From: the human T2T-CHM13v2.0 reference genome, Homo sapiens
Direction: 5' to 3' (one strand)
Assembly (NCBI RefSeq): GCF_009914755.1
Contig: NC_060948.1
DNA: 64,000 bases
Shown: positions 49,793-63,424 of the stretch, piece by piece
Layout: every line of letters starts with the position of its first letter
Numbering within the stretch: position 1 is the first letter of the stretch
Translations under genes and position numbers: made by a program
Notes under the pieces: model-generated
Database searches by the model: none
Told to the model about the DNA's origin: nothing
The model's input: the letters and a program-made list of their open reading frames with translations, nothing else

Positions 49793-50112
49793 GCAGAGTA
49801 TCCTGGCTCATGCCTGTAATCTCAGCACTTTGGAGTGTTGAGGCAGGCAGGTCACTCGAGGTCAGGAATTCAAGACCAGCCTCACCAACATAAAGTAACC
49901 CAATCTTTACTAATACTACAAAATTAGCCAGGCATGGTGTCCCATGTCTGTAATCCCAGCTATCTGGGAGGCTGACTCATGAGAATCACTTGATCTGGGA
50001 GGTGGAGGTTGCAGTTGTGCTGAGCTGTGGTCGCACCATTGCTCTCTAGCCTGGGCAACAAGAGTGAAACTTGGTCTCAAATATATATGTGTATATATAT
50101 ATATACATATAT
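49793..50112 (+). mobile_element. Diverged Alu (S-type) with (TA)n tail
   Basis: GGCTCATGCCTGTAATCTCAGCACTTTGG...GAGGTTGCAG...CTGGGCAACAAGAGTGAAACT, then an AT microsatellite. Confidence 0.88.
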
Positions 50113-50239
50113 GGCTTTCTCTGTCTCTATGTCTGTCTTTCTGTTGTTTGTTTCTGTGTGTTTCTCCTAATCCTTCTCCTTTCTCTCTTTCTATCTCACA
50201 CATATCTCTTGCTTTGTTTTATGCCATGGGGTTTTTCTA

Positions 50240-50980
50240 CATATTTGATTGTCATTGATTTATAATTTAACATCCTTTTAGCTAGGGGATATATTTGGTA
50301 TGACTCCAGTCCTTTGATAAGTTTTTAGACATATTTTAAGGCACAGTGTGTAATCTATTCTAATGAATGTGCACTTGCAAATCAGCGTAACTTCTGAAGT
50401 GGCTGGATATACTGTTCAGTAAATGCCAATTAAATAAATTTGGTTGATAAGGTAGTTGAACTCTTTCATATTTTTACTGAATTTTTGTCCGTTGTTTCTG
50501 TCAGTGAGAGTGAGTGGATTTTTTCCTATTTCCCACATTACATCTATTTTTGTTTTCTACATTTTAAAGTTCCATTCTCAATATTTATTGCAGTGCAAAC
50601 CTGCAAAAGAGAAATTCCTTCAACAATTTACAGTTTTCATTCCATGGTCTTCTACACACCCATGTTTAAAGGAAACTGCAACATTTTATTTTTTGCATTT
50701 TGATAACTGCAAGGTGTGTTCTTATTATCTCAGACTGTAGGTTTTTTGTATAATTTCAGTTTTCATCAGATTGACTATGGAGTGCCCAGGTGCAGCTTTC
50801 TTTGTGTGCATCCTGCTTGAGGGTCTCACATTATTGTGGTGACATATTTTATCAATTTCAGGAAGGTATTGACCATTTTGTTTTTCAATATTATTTGGCT
50901 CTTTTCTCAATTTTATGTCTTTTTGAAGCTCCAATTACACACACAACTTTTGATACTGTCTATCAGCTGACACCTGCTCC
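50240..50980 (-). mobile_element. Ancient L1M ORF1/ORF2-region fragment
   Basis: ORF 50725..50934 (...RPSSRMHTKKAAPGHSIVNLMKTE) resembles the ORF1p KTTPRHIIVKL region. Boundaries approximate. Confidence 0.55.
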
Positions 50981-51020
50981 TTTTTGTTTATCTACTTTTT
51001 TACTTAAAAAAAAGTGTCTG

Positions 51021-51322
51021 CGCCGGGCGCCGTGGCTCACGCCTGTAATTCCAGCACTTTGGGAGGCCAAGACAGGAGGATCATGAGGTCTGGCGATCGA
51101 GACCATCCTGGCTAACATGACGAAGCCCCGTCTCTACTAAAAATACAAAAAATTAGTCGGACGTGGTGGCGGGCGCCTGTAGCCCCAGCTACTCCGGAGC
51201 TGAGGCAGGAGAAGGGCGTGAACCCGGGAGGTGGGGCTTGCCATGAGCCGAGATCGCGCCACTGCATTCCATCCCGGCGAAAGAGTGAGACTCCATCTCA
51301 AAAAAAAAAAAAGAAAAAAAAA
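51021..51322 (+). mobile_element. AluY-like element
   Basis: GATCGAGACCATCCTGGCTAACA, GGCGGGCGCCTGTAG and GGCGTGAACCCGGGAG; A tail; TSD-like AAAAAAAGTGTCTG / AAAAAAATCTGTCTG. Confidence 0.92.
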
Positions 51323-52941
51323 TCTGTCTGTTTGGATATTTTTTATAGACCTATGCCAAAGGGCACACAGAGGCACTCAATTTGCTTTTCAAGTTTCCTG
51401 TTGAGTAACTCTAATAAATATGTCATTTCTAACAACTTTTAAAAATCTCTAGCTTAAAAATACTGATACCAGAAATAATTAAATATTTTATAAATAATAT
51501 ATAAATTTGTAATCATACCTAATAAAAACTTTTGGTGTCACTTTACATTTTTACCTTTTTACTAAAATATACACTCTTATTTTCCTTCTTCTACATGAGT
51601 TCCTGTAACATAAATACCTTCTCTCATAGTGAAAAGTATTCTCTGATAATCCTACTATTTCTAGATCTGCTTTTATTCACTATTTCCTCTATTGTTCATT
51701 GGTTACACATTTATAATTATTTGGAAGTCTCATTATGTTTGATTTGTATGTCAGACATTTTGCATAAAAGCCTAGTAGCATGTGAAATATGTAATTTTTT
51801 GCTCCAGGAGAAAACCGGTCATTTTTTTTCTCTTTCAAGCCCCTAAAGTGTGGATTTGTGCCAATTTGACCTCTAGTTGAACTGCATCTATGCATTCCAC
51901 CTCTTTAGTTTAATTTTCTAGTGACTTCAAACTTTCCATAGACATGCCTGGGCTTTTTTTTCAGCATCCCTTGCAATCTTGAGCACTTGTATGATTTCAT
52001 TTACTGGGTGGCCTCCCTTGTTTACTACCCAGCATCCATCTTGTAGGAGTTCCTTTTCCAGTTCTGCTTCTATAGTTTTTGTTTTGAGAAGACCTTTTTC
52101 TCCACTGATGTCTTCCCCTAGGTTTTAGACGGCAACTGCCTTGCAATCTGTGAAGGTCAAAAATGCTTTGGAGAATCTCTCTCACCATTTTTCCTCTCCT
52201 GCCTTCAGAGCGTGGCTTCATAGTACTAGGGGTGGGCCTGAGGACCTCACAGGGATACAGCTCAACTCCTGTATCCTGTGCCCAGGCAGGTATGAACTGC
52301 TCACACATTCTGGGAAGACCAAAATATATAGGGCGGGGCGGGGGGGGGGATCCGCAGTACCCGTGGCGCACACCATCCTGGAATTCTAATCTGTCTCAGC
52401 AGCCCATCGGTTATGGAAAGTTTGTTATAATTTTGGATTTTAAAATAAACTGCCACCCCTTTTCCTTCTTGTACTCTTGCTGTAATCTATCAGGGAGGTG
52501 AAAAACCATGGCCCACGTCTCCCTCGCAGGGAGATCATCACTTTTCTATTGATTGCAGATTTCTTTGCTTCCTGTGTTTATAATAAATTTAATTTGTGTA
52601 ATTTCCAGTGTGTTCAGGTTGACAGGATGAACATGATATTCTCTCACTACTTTCTATATTCTAATTGGAAGAAGAAGCACAAATATAAAATTTAAATTGA
52701 ATGCCTACTAAAAAAGAACTGAAGGCAAGTGTTCACTTAACTAATAATTCTGACATATGAAAATATATTCTGTATACGTATAAATATGTAAATATACAAA
52801 TATAGAAGTATATACAAACATAAAAAGTATATACATATTCAAATAGTACATTTTATAAATACAAATATGTACATTTTATATGCTTATATACACATATATA
52901 TTTATGTGGTAAATATAGTACAGTATACATATAGTTGTTTC

Positions 52942-53259
52942 TTTTTTTTTTTTTTTTTGAGAGAGGTTCTCACTCCATCACCCAGGCTGGAGCGCAATGG
53001 CAGAAGCTCAGCAAACTGCAACCTCCACCTCCCAGGTTCAAGCGATTCTCATGCCTCAGCCTCCTGAGTAGCTGGAATTACAGGTGTATGCCACCATATC
53101 CGCTAATTTTTGTGTGTGTATATATATGTATATATATATATTTATGTATATTATATATATATTATACATGTGGTTTTTTTTTTGCTTTTTTTTTTTTTCA
53201 GTAGAGACAGGGTTTCACCATGTTGACTAGGCAGGTCTCAAACTCGTGGCTTCAAGTGA
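52942..53259 (-). mobile_element. Alu (S-type), 5'-truncated, linker expanded into a (TG/TA)n microsatellite
   Basis: Poly(T), right arm, ~90 bp of TG/TA/T repeats, then left arm ending at TTCAAGTGA. Confidence 0.88.
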
Positions 53260-53463
53260 ACAACTTAAGGAGTTATATGTTAAATTATATATTATTAAAT
53301 ATAAACATGCATATTTATATATTTGCACTATATATTTATACATAGTGCATACGTATACACCAAATATAGTATAGACTGTGTACTTAAATATGTATATAGT
53401 ATATACTATATAAATATGTATATGTGTATATATATTTTATATAATATATACATATATAAGTAT

Positions 53464-53772
53464 AATTGTCCCTCACTTTCTCCAAAGTACTAGTTCCAGG
53501 ACATTAGCAGATAGCAAAATCCAAGGATGCTCAAGTCCCTCTAATAAAAAGGCATAATATTTTCATATAACCTATCCACATCCTTCTGTAGACATTAAAT
53601 AATCTCCAGGTTGCTTATATTATCCATATAATGTAGATGCTATGTAAATACTTGTTGTACTGTTTTGTTTAAAAGTATGTACATATTCTGTACAGTTGCA
53701 ATTATTTATCTTTATTTCCCAATAGTTTTGATCCTAAGTTAATTTAACCCCTGGAATATGGAGGGCCAACTC
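53464..53772. mobile_element. MER2 (Tigger-type MITE)
   Basis: CAAAATCCAAGGATGCTCAAGTCCCT...ATATAACCTAT...GCTATGTAAATA...ATATGGAGGGCCAACT. Termini are inverted (TTGTCCCTC / GAGGGCCAA). Confidence 0.8.
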
Positions 53773-56202
53773 TATATATATATATAGATGCACACACACA
53801 CACAGACACACACACAAGCCAATAATTATCTACTTTTATATGCAGATTTAGCTTTGTATTCTATACTTATGTAATTATACATACATATGCAAGCACAGGC
53901 ACATAAAATTTTATACCTATAAATCTTCTGAACCCTTTTGTATTAATGATATTAAGTAAGTTTCAACCATGGTGAATCAAAGTGGGAACTTTTTTATTTG
54001 AAGTCAGTATTATATGACTTAATGACAGAGAAGAAAAAAGCCATAGCTACATACGGTTTCCCACAATAGACATCTTAATTTCACAGCCCATTTTGTAATC
54101 CCTGCATATTCAGGCCTCCATAGAGTTATTTGAATGGGTTTTGTTGAAAATTCCTATATTAGGAACATACTCAGTCCTTTGTAATATCCAATATTAAAAA
54201 GTTCAGATATTTATATTTTTACAATGATGGCATACAGTACCTTACACTCCATAAATTGGAGAATGTGCATGTAGAATTAAGATAAAAGGTATTAGGGATA
54301 TCCTACTGAAGAAGAATCTCCTGGGAATGATAGTGCCCAAGTCTGTCTGTGTTTAGGAGTAGTTAGAAACCATACAACCCAGGCTCAGAAATGAAGGAGA
54401 AAAAGACATTTTCCCCAGAAACAGAGGTCGAACTGACTTCTCTGCCATGTTGTAGCCTCTTTTCTCACTTTCCTAATTGACCTTTGCATGTCCTTCATTT
54501 CTATTATAACACAAACATTCTCTAATATCATTCCTTTTGTTTGACTCAAATTGCCTAGCCAAACCTCAGTCTGTGTTGTAACTCTCACATCTGTTGCTGT
54601 TTAAAAAGCAACTATTATTTAGTTTGACCTTTTTGGAGACATCAGTGTAGACTGGGTTTAGCTGTCTGGTTCTGCTAGTTGAGGTCAGGCTTCCCCAAAA
54701 TTTTCAGCAGGACAAGTCAACCACATGGTTCTCTCCCTTCTTGGCTGCAGTTGGCAGGTGACTAGGGGCTTGTTGGTCTGAGATGAACCCAGATGTGACT
54801 TCTCTTGGGTGACACACAGGGGCAGATTGAAGGTATGGAGCAGTAGTCTTCACATTGCTAGAGAAGGAATTTATATTGTGTGGACATGAATACAGAGAAG
54901 GAGGAAGAACCTGGTCTCTACTGTCATCAACATCTGTATGATCTTTAAGGTCAGATGATACTCTTGAATAAGTCAAAGCTTCTATTTTGCTACTCCCTGC
55001 CTAGCTTCTGTGTTCCAGCTGATCCCAGCTTTACCTATTTATTCAAACCTCTCTCCAGTATAAAATATATATTCCTATCAATCATCCCCCAAATAGGATA
55101 TTATTATGGTTTTCAAACCTGAATTTCAAGGAAAATCCTATAATCTGTAATTACGTACTTATAGTTAAAATATGACTTAGAATAAGGTTATCAGGTACAT
55201 AATACTGGCTTGATGAAGGACACACAAATATACTTAATAGTAAGAATTGGGTGGGGGCAAAGAGCACTGACAAAATGAGAGATATGTAATGCATGGAATT
55301 ATTCCTTAACTTTATGTAAAATCATAGCTAATCCTCAAGATACAACAAAAAACACTATTAATGTCAAATTTTTATTAAAAAAAAACAGGCCCACATATTG
55401 TATGTGGATATATATATGTGCATCTTTTTGTGTGTGTCTAAACATATACATATGTATGTATAAAACTTTATTGCAATGCCTCCAGTATGTGACTATATAT
55501 TTTGATAGTAAATCTACTTAAATTAAATACAAATTAAAAATCATCTTCTTCATTTATACTGGCGACACTCAAGTTCTCAGTGGGTACACATGGTTTATGC
55601 CTACCATACTGGGCAAGATAGAGGTAGAACATTTTTTTTCTTTATAGAAAATTTCACTTGTTCCTTGAAAGCCATTAAATTCACATGCACATTAATTATT
55701 CATAAGAGGATCATGTCTCTTCCTGGGGATTTAAATGGCCAATATCTCCATGTTTATCAATCTGCCCTATGTTGAATTTTCTTTCAAAAAGCAAATAGTA
55801 ACAGCAGAGGATATTCCCATTGCAGATAATTTCCAAAGAAGACATTACATTGAATAATTGAGAAGTGCAGCTTGTGTTGTTCTTTAGGTGAAAGTCAATA
55901 GGACTGGGACTTGTCACTGGAAAATGACAATAGGAAAAATAGGCTCTGCCAATCAGTTCTAATATGCTCTGCCTTTAAACAGAACTGAAAAGAGATAATG
56001 ACACTTTCTCAGTTGGACAGCCCAAATTGTTGATTATTCCATGAGTCACAGTTCAAAACTATGAGTCTTAATTTTTAATTCTGTCCAGGGGGTGATGGGT
56101 TTGTTCTATGTACTGCTATGAAAAGTATTCCATTTCTGGTGGATCATGCATATCAAAGAGTATTTACTAAGGCAGAAATTTTGCATAAACAACTGAAGCT
56201 GG

Positions 56203-56499
56203 GTGGCATGCAGTGGCTCATGCCTGTAACCCCAACACTTTGGAAGGCCAAAGCAGAAAAATCCCCTTAGCACTCTTGAACCCAGGAGTTTGAGATTAGC
56301 GTGGACAACACAGCAAGACCCCATGTCTACAAAACAAATTTTTAAAAATTAGCCGGGTAAGGTAGTGCTTGCCTGTGTTCCTAGCTACTCAGGAGGCTGA
56401 GGCAGGAGGAGTGTTTGATCCCAGAAACTCAAGGCTACATAGGACTCTAGCTGGGCAACAGAGCTAAATCCTATCCCCAAAACACACACACACACACAC
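56203..56499 (+). mobile_element. AluJ-like with short right-arm deletion and (CA)n tail
   Basis: CAGTGGCTCATGCCTGTAA...ACAGCAAGACCCCATGTCTACAAAA...CTGGGCAACAGAG, then (AC)n. Confidence 0.85.
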
Positions 56500-58789
56500 T
56501 CTGAAGCCCACCATATAAAACCATATAGCTTTTATAGCTTCACTGGCCTGCTCTTTTTGGCTTAGTTTACATCTATTTGGGTACTGACAGATGCTTTTCA
56601 AAATAACTTGTCCCCCATACGTGGTCTGCCCTGCCATCTGTCCCAATCATTTATTCAATTGTTATCAAGTGACAAGTAAGCATTGCAGATGAGTTTCCAA
56701 TTGGCTCTGGCTGTGTCCTGGTAGAAGGAAAATGCAGCCAGATATGAGTGCTAATTTTGATCTTTTACAGAAGCTACTAGCTGAAGCTTTGTATGCCCAT
56801 GAAGATCATCAAATCAAGATTATACTTCAGTGAGCTCTTATTTTTCCCAGGTTAAATGCCTTCTTCCAATCTCAGGAGAATAGTTATTGAAGTTGTGATA
56901 CACTTATCCAAACTTCCTTAAGATGCAGTTAATTAAATCATTCTCTTGTAGGTTTTCCAATATACCTTCTTATTTTCTCTTAAAATCACAATAGCTCACG
57001 CTATTCTAAAATGCATGGTTTTGTTGATTCAAGTGTGCATTGATTTAGAGACTCCTCTTAATTATTTAAAGTAACTTTGGTTTGATATGTAATATTGACA
57101 TAATTTTCCTTCCAAAGTAAAGTTAAAGAATTGAGTCAAAGACTGGAAAACTCTGTAGATTAAAAATAGACTTGCATAGAGGAGAGAGTCCAGGAAGAAG
57201 CTGGCATCTTTCTTACCAAAAGATATTTGTATTCAACCAGGGAAATGAAGAAAGAGGCTATGGTAGTCTAGAACTTGTTTTCTCAGATACTATTTCAGCC
57301 TAGGTCTTATATAAATGTTGTCCTTTTTAAGAACCTTAAAAACAACAGCTTTGAAGCAATAGAGGAAGAAGTGATGACATCAATATGATGATAGCTGACC
57401 ATAACAGTCATGAAATCGTGAAAATATTCCATTTAGATGAGCTACTTATCTATTTAACAGCATTAGAATGAATGCATAGGGCTTTTCTTCTTTCTTATGC
57501 CTGATATTGATAAAAACAGAAGTTATAATGGTCAACACATATTTAAGAGCTAAAGAGATGTCAAATGGATTACACATATATTAATTTAGCTCATAATATA
57601 TCTTGGCAACACCGTGATGAATTCTGGTTTCACCATTGTTTTTTCCTGCTTTGAGGTGGCTAATTATTTGGGCAAAGGGAAGTTTGATATCTCGGTACAA
57701 AGTATTCAGAAGAGAAAACGTCATGCCTTGAAAACGTGTATCATTAGTGACTGCTCTATTTGCCACCTTAGCAACTTTCCTGCCATGTGACTTCAGTTAT
57801 GAGTTTTAAATAGGATAGTATAAAGGGGCTAGTCTGGGCCACTGTACTCCCTCCTGTAGTTGGGGTCAAAGCTACAGTTTGTGTCAAGCATGTTTCATCT
57901 GTATTTCTTCTGCAGCTCAGATAACAGGGGCCATGGCATGTCACTGGAGGTGAAGGTAAACCTACCAGTGCAGGCACCTGTTAATCCACCACTCACATCA
58001 GATGGACTCATCTTCTATTGCCCAAACAGAATCATATGTTCAAAATCAAGAGGAAAGAAATGCTTAGCAATGAGTGCATATATTATTATTTCCAGAAAAG
58101 TGAAAAATTAGGACAAATCATTGAATCTTTCACATGCATCTTCTTGTGTGAGTTGAAAGATAAAGTGTTTGCTGTTAGACAAGGATAAAACATTACACTT
58201 AAGTACTGAGAGATGGATGGATAAAGAGTGATCACAGCCGCATGGGCTTCACCATTGAGTCAACAGTTCTGAGTCAGATATGGGAGACAGAAATGACCAA
58301 GACAGTGGCACTGGCTTAAACGAGTAGAGTTCCATGCATTTGAACATGATATCATGATGTAAGGTAACTAGAAAGTGGATATCTATAGGAGAAGGGCATC
58401 AATTTGCACACAAGTATGGAAAACTGGAAGTAGATTGAGGTTTGGGAAGAGTGTAGAACTCAAGTCACAAGACCAGCCTTGGAATATGAAGTTTACTTTT
58501 ATCAAATAACACTTCTGAGACTCAGGGTCTTCCACCCAAATGTCCAAGGAAACAGTACAATCTAAGTTACATGACTTAAGATTCCCCTGATATAAGGCAG
58601 GATTAAGTTTGATGAAGGAATTTGCAAATAACAGCGATGATACTGAGAACTCTACAGCTTAATGAATTTGTCAAAGTTACGCAGAGTCAACAGAAGATCT
58701 CAAATGTGAAACTGATGCTTCTTGTTGTCTTTAAACTTGATTAAGGATCAAATTAGGAACTCTTGATAATTCTAGAAAATTCCATGTCT

Positions 58790-59350
58790 TCTATACTCTT
58801 CCATTCCTACAGTTCCTCCAAACTGGAACTTGAATGTACAATTTTTATCAGATCCAAGTACTGATGTTTAGCAGTAGAACTGCTTCATAATTGGTGTTTA
58901 GTTCTTTCATCAGGAGCTACATAATGCCTGTTTGTCCCTCTTTGGGGGAAGCTAAAACATTAATGGTCATTGATGAAATCTGTCTTCATAAGGAGTTGCA
59001 AAATGATGACAGTGTAATTGTATACATCTTTCTACTCTTAGTTGGAATTCTTCTTTAAAAGGAAAATTTCCTTCATAAACTGCATGGTTTCTAAGAATTC
59101 AAGACTATCCAAAAGTACAGGATGTTGTTTACAGGACATAACAGCTGACTTGAATGGACTCCCACTGGCTAAAGATCAAATACTTTGATCATCAGTAAGA
59201 GTGATAACTTAATGCATTTCAACACACTAAATTTGATAAAAGAAGTGAGTTCCCAATGATGTTTATGATAGGCACATTGATCACCTTTAGAAAATACTTG
59301 CAAACTGAAAAATAAAACAAAAAGAAATCATGTGTCCTAGTTTTCCTTAA
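58790..59350. mobile_element. Degenerate L1MC-like fragments
   Basis: GGACTCCCACTGGCTAAA and GGAGTTGCAAAATGATG resemble old L1MC 3'UTR blocks. Orientation and limits uncertain. Confidence 0.4.
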
Positions 59351-59466
59351 AAAACTCTTGAATAGATTAATCAGTAACATTTAAAATATACATTTTTATG
59401 GAATCACCTATGAGATATGTGTCATACAAACACAGATCTTCAGTTTCCTGTATAAATCTTTAAGCC

Positions 59467-59497
<31 letters not shown>

Positions 59498-60622
59498 GTT
59501 ACTATATAATACTTTCACAATAAGACAAAAAATGAGGAAAGAGACCATGTTGCATTTTGACCTTGGCACATAAACCATTGGGCTGTTTCTTGACATGCAA
59601 CTACAACGGCTGGTCAATGTTGTTTTGTGTGCTGGGAGGAAAATGTATTCCCCACTTTATTGACTGGTGATGCATAGTACACATCTTTGAGTATAACTTT
59701 AGGAGAAACAAAAGATAATTTATCAAAGGATATTAACTTCTCAATACCTGTTGTGTGAGTTATCTCCTAATGATTCTAATACTTCTAGTATATGAGATCA
59801 ATTCAACAAAATTGAGGTGAAATGAAAGAATTCGAAGAATTGTGATAAAGTTAGGCAAATATGAAATAAATTATAATAACCATCTTAAAATACAAACAGA
59901 ATGATTTCGGCTCTCATGATTTTAATTTACAACTTTATTTTTTATGTAGTGCAATAGTTCCTAATTTAATTAGACATAAAATTTTGTCTCAGACACAAAA
60001 TGAGCCACAATGGTAATTTTTGCTTAGGACATCAATTAAAGAAATCTTTCTTTAACACTAACATATATTTTACATCAAAAGGAAAAGAATACAATGTTGG
60101 AAGCTTGGGAATATCACTGGAACACAAGTGCTCTGAAAGTCCAGAGCCCTGCAGGTTGCAAATCACTGAACAGAACATGGATAATTTAATACAATTGCAG
60201 GCAGCATTCCCAGGGTTCATCATTTCTCTGCTCTCCACTGAAAACACAGTGAGAGGGGAAAAAATTAGGTGGCATCAGTACAAAATATTATGCAAACACT
60301 AACAGGTATATTTAATATACCTGTTGGATACATACATTATTGTGATGTGAGGCATTGCTGTTTGGTGGTGGGAGAACAGATTTGGACTTTAAACACTTAT
60401 ACACTTAAAGAGCCATTTTTTTTTTTTTATCATACAAAGAATTACCCATATGAATAAGGTCACCAAAATGTTGGTCAAAGAAGGAAAACCTGATGAAAGA
60501 AGACAAAAAAGCCCACTGATTCTGAAGAGTAGGCTCACTACTTCCTCATATTTATTTAGACATGTCAATTTGGATATATAAGAATATATTTTTAAATGTA
60601 TTATTTCTGTCTTCTAAAGAAC

Positions 60623-61145
60623 TGTGTCCGGAGTTTTTTCCTTTGGGTGGGTTCTTAGTCTTGCTGACATCAAGAATGAAGCCGGGACCTTCGCGGTGAA
60701 TGTTACAGCTCTTAAAGATGGTGTGTCTGGAGTTTGTTCCTTCAGATGTCTCTGGAGTTGGTTCCTTCAAGTGGGTTCGTGATCTGGCTGACTCAAGAAT
60801 GAAGCCGAGCATGTCCGCAGCAAGTGTTACAGCTCTTAAAGGTGGTGCTGACCCAAAGAGTGAGCAGCAGCAAGATGTATTGTGAAGAGCAAAAGAACAA
60901 AGCTTCCACAGTGTGGAAGAGGACCCTAGCGGGTTGTGATGCTGGCTGGGGTGGCCCCCTTTTACTCCCTTATTTGTCCTGGCTCACTTCCTGCTGATTG
61001 GTCCATTTTAGAGTGCTGATTGGTGTGATTACAAACCTTTATCTAGACACAGAGTGCTGATTCGCGCATTTACAATCCTCTTGTAAGACAGAAAAGTTTT
61101 CCAAGTCCCCATGTGACACAGAAGTCCAGCTAGCTTCACCTCTCG
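60623..61145 (-). mobile_element. ERV9-family solo LTR (LTR12F-like, 523 bp)
   Basis: TGTGTCCGGAGTT start; duplicated AAGAATGAAGCCG...TGTTACAGCTCTTAAA units; repeated GCTGATTGG; end AGCTTCACCTCTCG; 4-bp TSD GAAC at 60619-60622 and 61146-61149. Confidence 0.9.
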
Positions 61146-61184
61146 GAACCAATATATAAATTACAATCCTTCAGGGTTAATATT

Positions 61185-61670
61185 TGAATGGTCTTGGGTT
61201 CAAATCCCAATCTTGGCTGGACACGAGTCTCACACCTGTAATCCCAGCACTTTGGGGGTCCGAGGCAGGCAGGTCACATGAGGTGAAAAGTTTGACACCA
61301 ACCTGGTCAACATGGTGAAACCCTGTGTCTACTAAAAATACAAAAATTAACAAATGTGGTGGTGTGTGCTTCTAGTCCCAACTACTAGGGAGGATGAGGC
61401 AGGAGAATCTCTTCTTTGGAGAGTTGGAGGTTGCAGTGAGCCAAGGTTGCACCACTGCACTCCACCTTGGGTGTCAGAATGAGACTACATCTAAATAAAT
61501 AAATAAATAAATAAATAATAAAAAATACCAATCTGGGCACTTACAAGCTGTGCATTCTTGGTCAAGTTACTAAATTCTTTTTATTTGGGGGGACCATTCT
61601 GAGAATTCGAGTTAACGAAGCTAACATTTTTGGCACAAAGGTGAGTATTTAATAAACAATAGCTCTTATA
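61185..61670 (+). mobile_element. MIR interrupted by an Alu
   Basis: TGGGTTCAAATCCCAATCT before the Alu and CACTTACAAGCTGTG...GGTCAAGTTACT after it. Confidence 0.6.
61215..61522 (+). mobile_element. Alu (S-type) with (AAAT)n tail
   Basis: Dimeric Alu; TSD-like AAATCCCAATCT / AAATACCAATCT. Confidence 0.9.
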
Positions 61671-62026
61671 CTGAGATTAAGTCATGGGGCCAGCAAAGGT
61701 TTCAAAATTCATCCCCAAACATAGCTTTTATGGTGCCCTCCACTGCCATGTATTAGTTTATCCATGCATTTATTTATTCACATATTTATAAAATAAGTTT
61801 AAACACTACCCTCTATTTAGCTTATAGATTATTAACAAATAGATGTATTTTAGGAGAGCACATTCTATTGGGACAGAAAGATGAAACATCTAACAGTGAA
61901 TTAGAGGACCTAGGGACTAGACTGGAGTGGAAGTGAGGATTCAAAATGATGCATGTCAATGGTAAATGTCTGCTAACAACCCAGGCAAGGTTCAGTGGTG
62001 TGATACTCAATTTTAAAAATGGGTAT

Positions 62027-62319
<293 letters not shown>

Positions 62320-62574
62320 TTACCTAGTATCAGAAGTGGCATCCCAACACTTTTCCCATATCCTATCTTTTAGAAGCACAACACTAAAGCCATACCAAGA
62401 CAGGGGGTCTCTTGTGCCTCCTCATTCTATTTCCAAGAAGTTGCCTGTTGCCTCACTCAAGGATCAGCAAAATAAATATGTGTTGGTTGACTAAATGTAT
62501 GTAAATCTGGAATTAAGGCAGGATGCAAGTGCTGGTATCTATGGGATAATAATAATGATGATGAAAATGGTAAT

Positions 62575-62765
62575 GATAACAATTATATAACACTTACTAG
62601 GAGCCAGTCATTGTTCTAAACATTTTATATCTTTACTCTTCTAATCCCCACAAGAGTCCTGTGAGGGAGTTAGTACATTATTCAGATTTTGCAGATGAGA
62701 ACAATGAGAAACAACAAGGTTGAGTCACAGGCTTAAAGTCACCCTACTAGATGCCTTGAATTTGT
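62575..62765 (-). mobile_element. MIR SINE
   Basis: TAATCCCCACAAG...CCTGTGAGG...ATTTTGCAGATGAGAACAATGAG is an antisense MIR. Confidence 0.7.
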
Positions 62766-63424
62766 GATGTGAACTCCCAGAGGTTTTCACTCAATATCTG
62801 TAAACTTAACCAATACCAACTCTCATGAATAGAGCAAGATTCTAAGATATTTTAATAGTAAATAAACAACTCAAAAATATAAATGTTCTTAGCTGCCCTA
62901 ATATAAATACAACATTTAAATAAATACTGTTTCACTTTAAAGAATTTCCCCTTTAGAAAATTTAAAAGAAAACAAAAACAATCAAAGTCACACATACAAG
63001 GAACTCTATGAAACTTTCCCTTCACACCTCCAAATGAGGCAAGTCCACTGAGATCCTGTGATATGTGTTTCTCATGTCCTTTGCTTCCCTTTTCTAACTA
63101 TAGCAATTTGTCCCATCTTAGTATCTCTCAGAAGTTAATCTATAACTCTTTTTGTCCTTTATATGGGAGACAGAGAATTTTGTTAAGAAAGTACCAGAGT
63201 ATCTAGTCAATCTTGGGGAAAGTAGGGCAGATTGGCTTAAAGTTCAACATTGAGAATCTGTGGTCTGTGGTCTATCTCCTGGAACAAACATTTTATTACT
63301 TTTAAAACATTAGCTAGTGAGTTAATCTGCTGAAGCTTCAGTTTCCTCCATCTGAATGTTGCTGTGACATTTAGTTCTCAAAATGCACCTATAAACCCCC
63401 CAGCAACTAAACATAGAGTGACTA

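Noticed and set aside
52760-53462. TA-rich tracts as structured elements (also 3320-3420, 13895-14190)
   Set aside because: These are ordinary degenerate (TA)n low-complexity sequence; their self-complementarity is trivial.
54585-54990. Possible MLT-type LTR remnant
   Set aside because: The resemblance is too weak to assign without a profile search.
57600-57800. Unique CpG-containing stretch as a conserved element or exon (also 12330-12490)
   Set aside because: No splice/ORF support or recognisable motif; conservation cannot be judged from one sequence.
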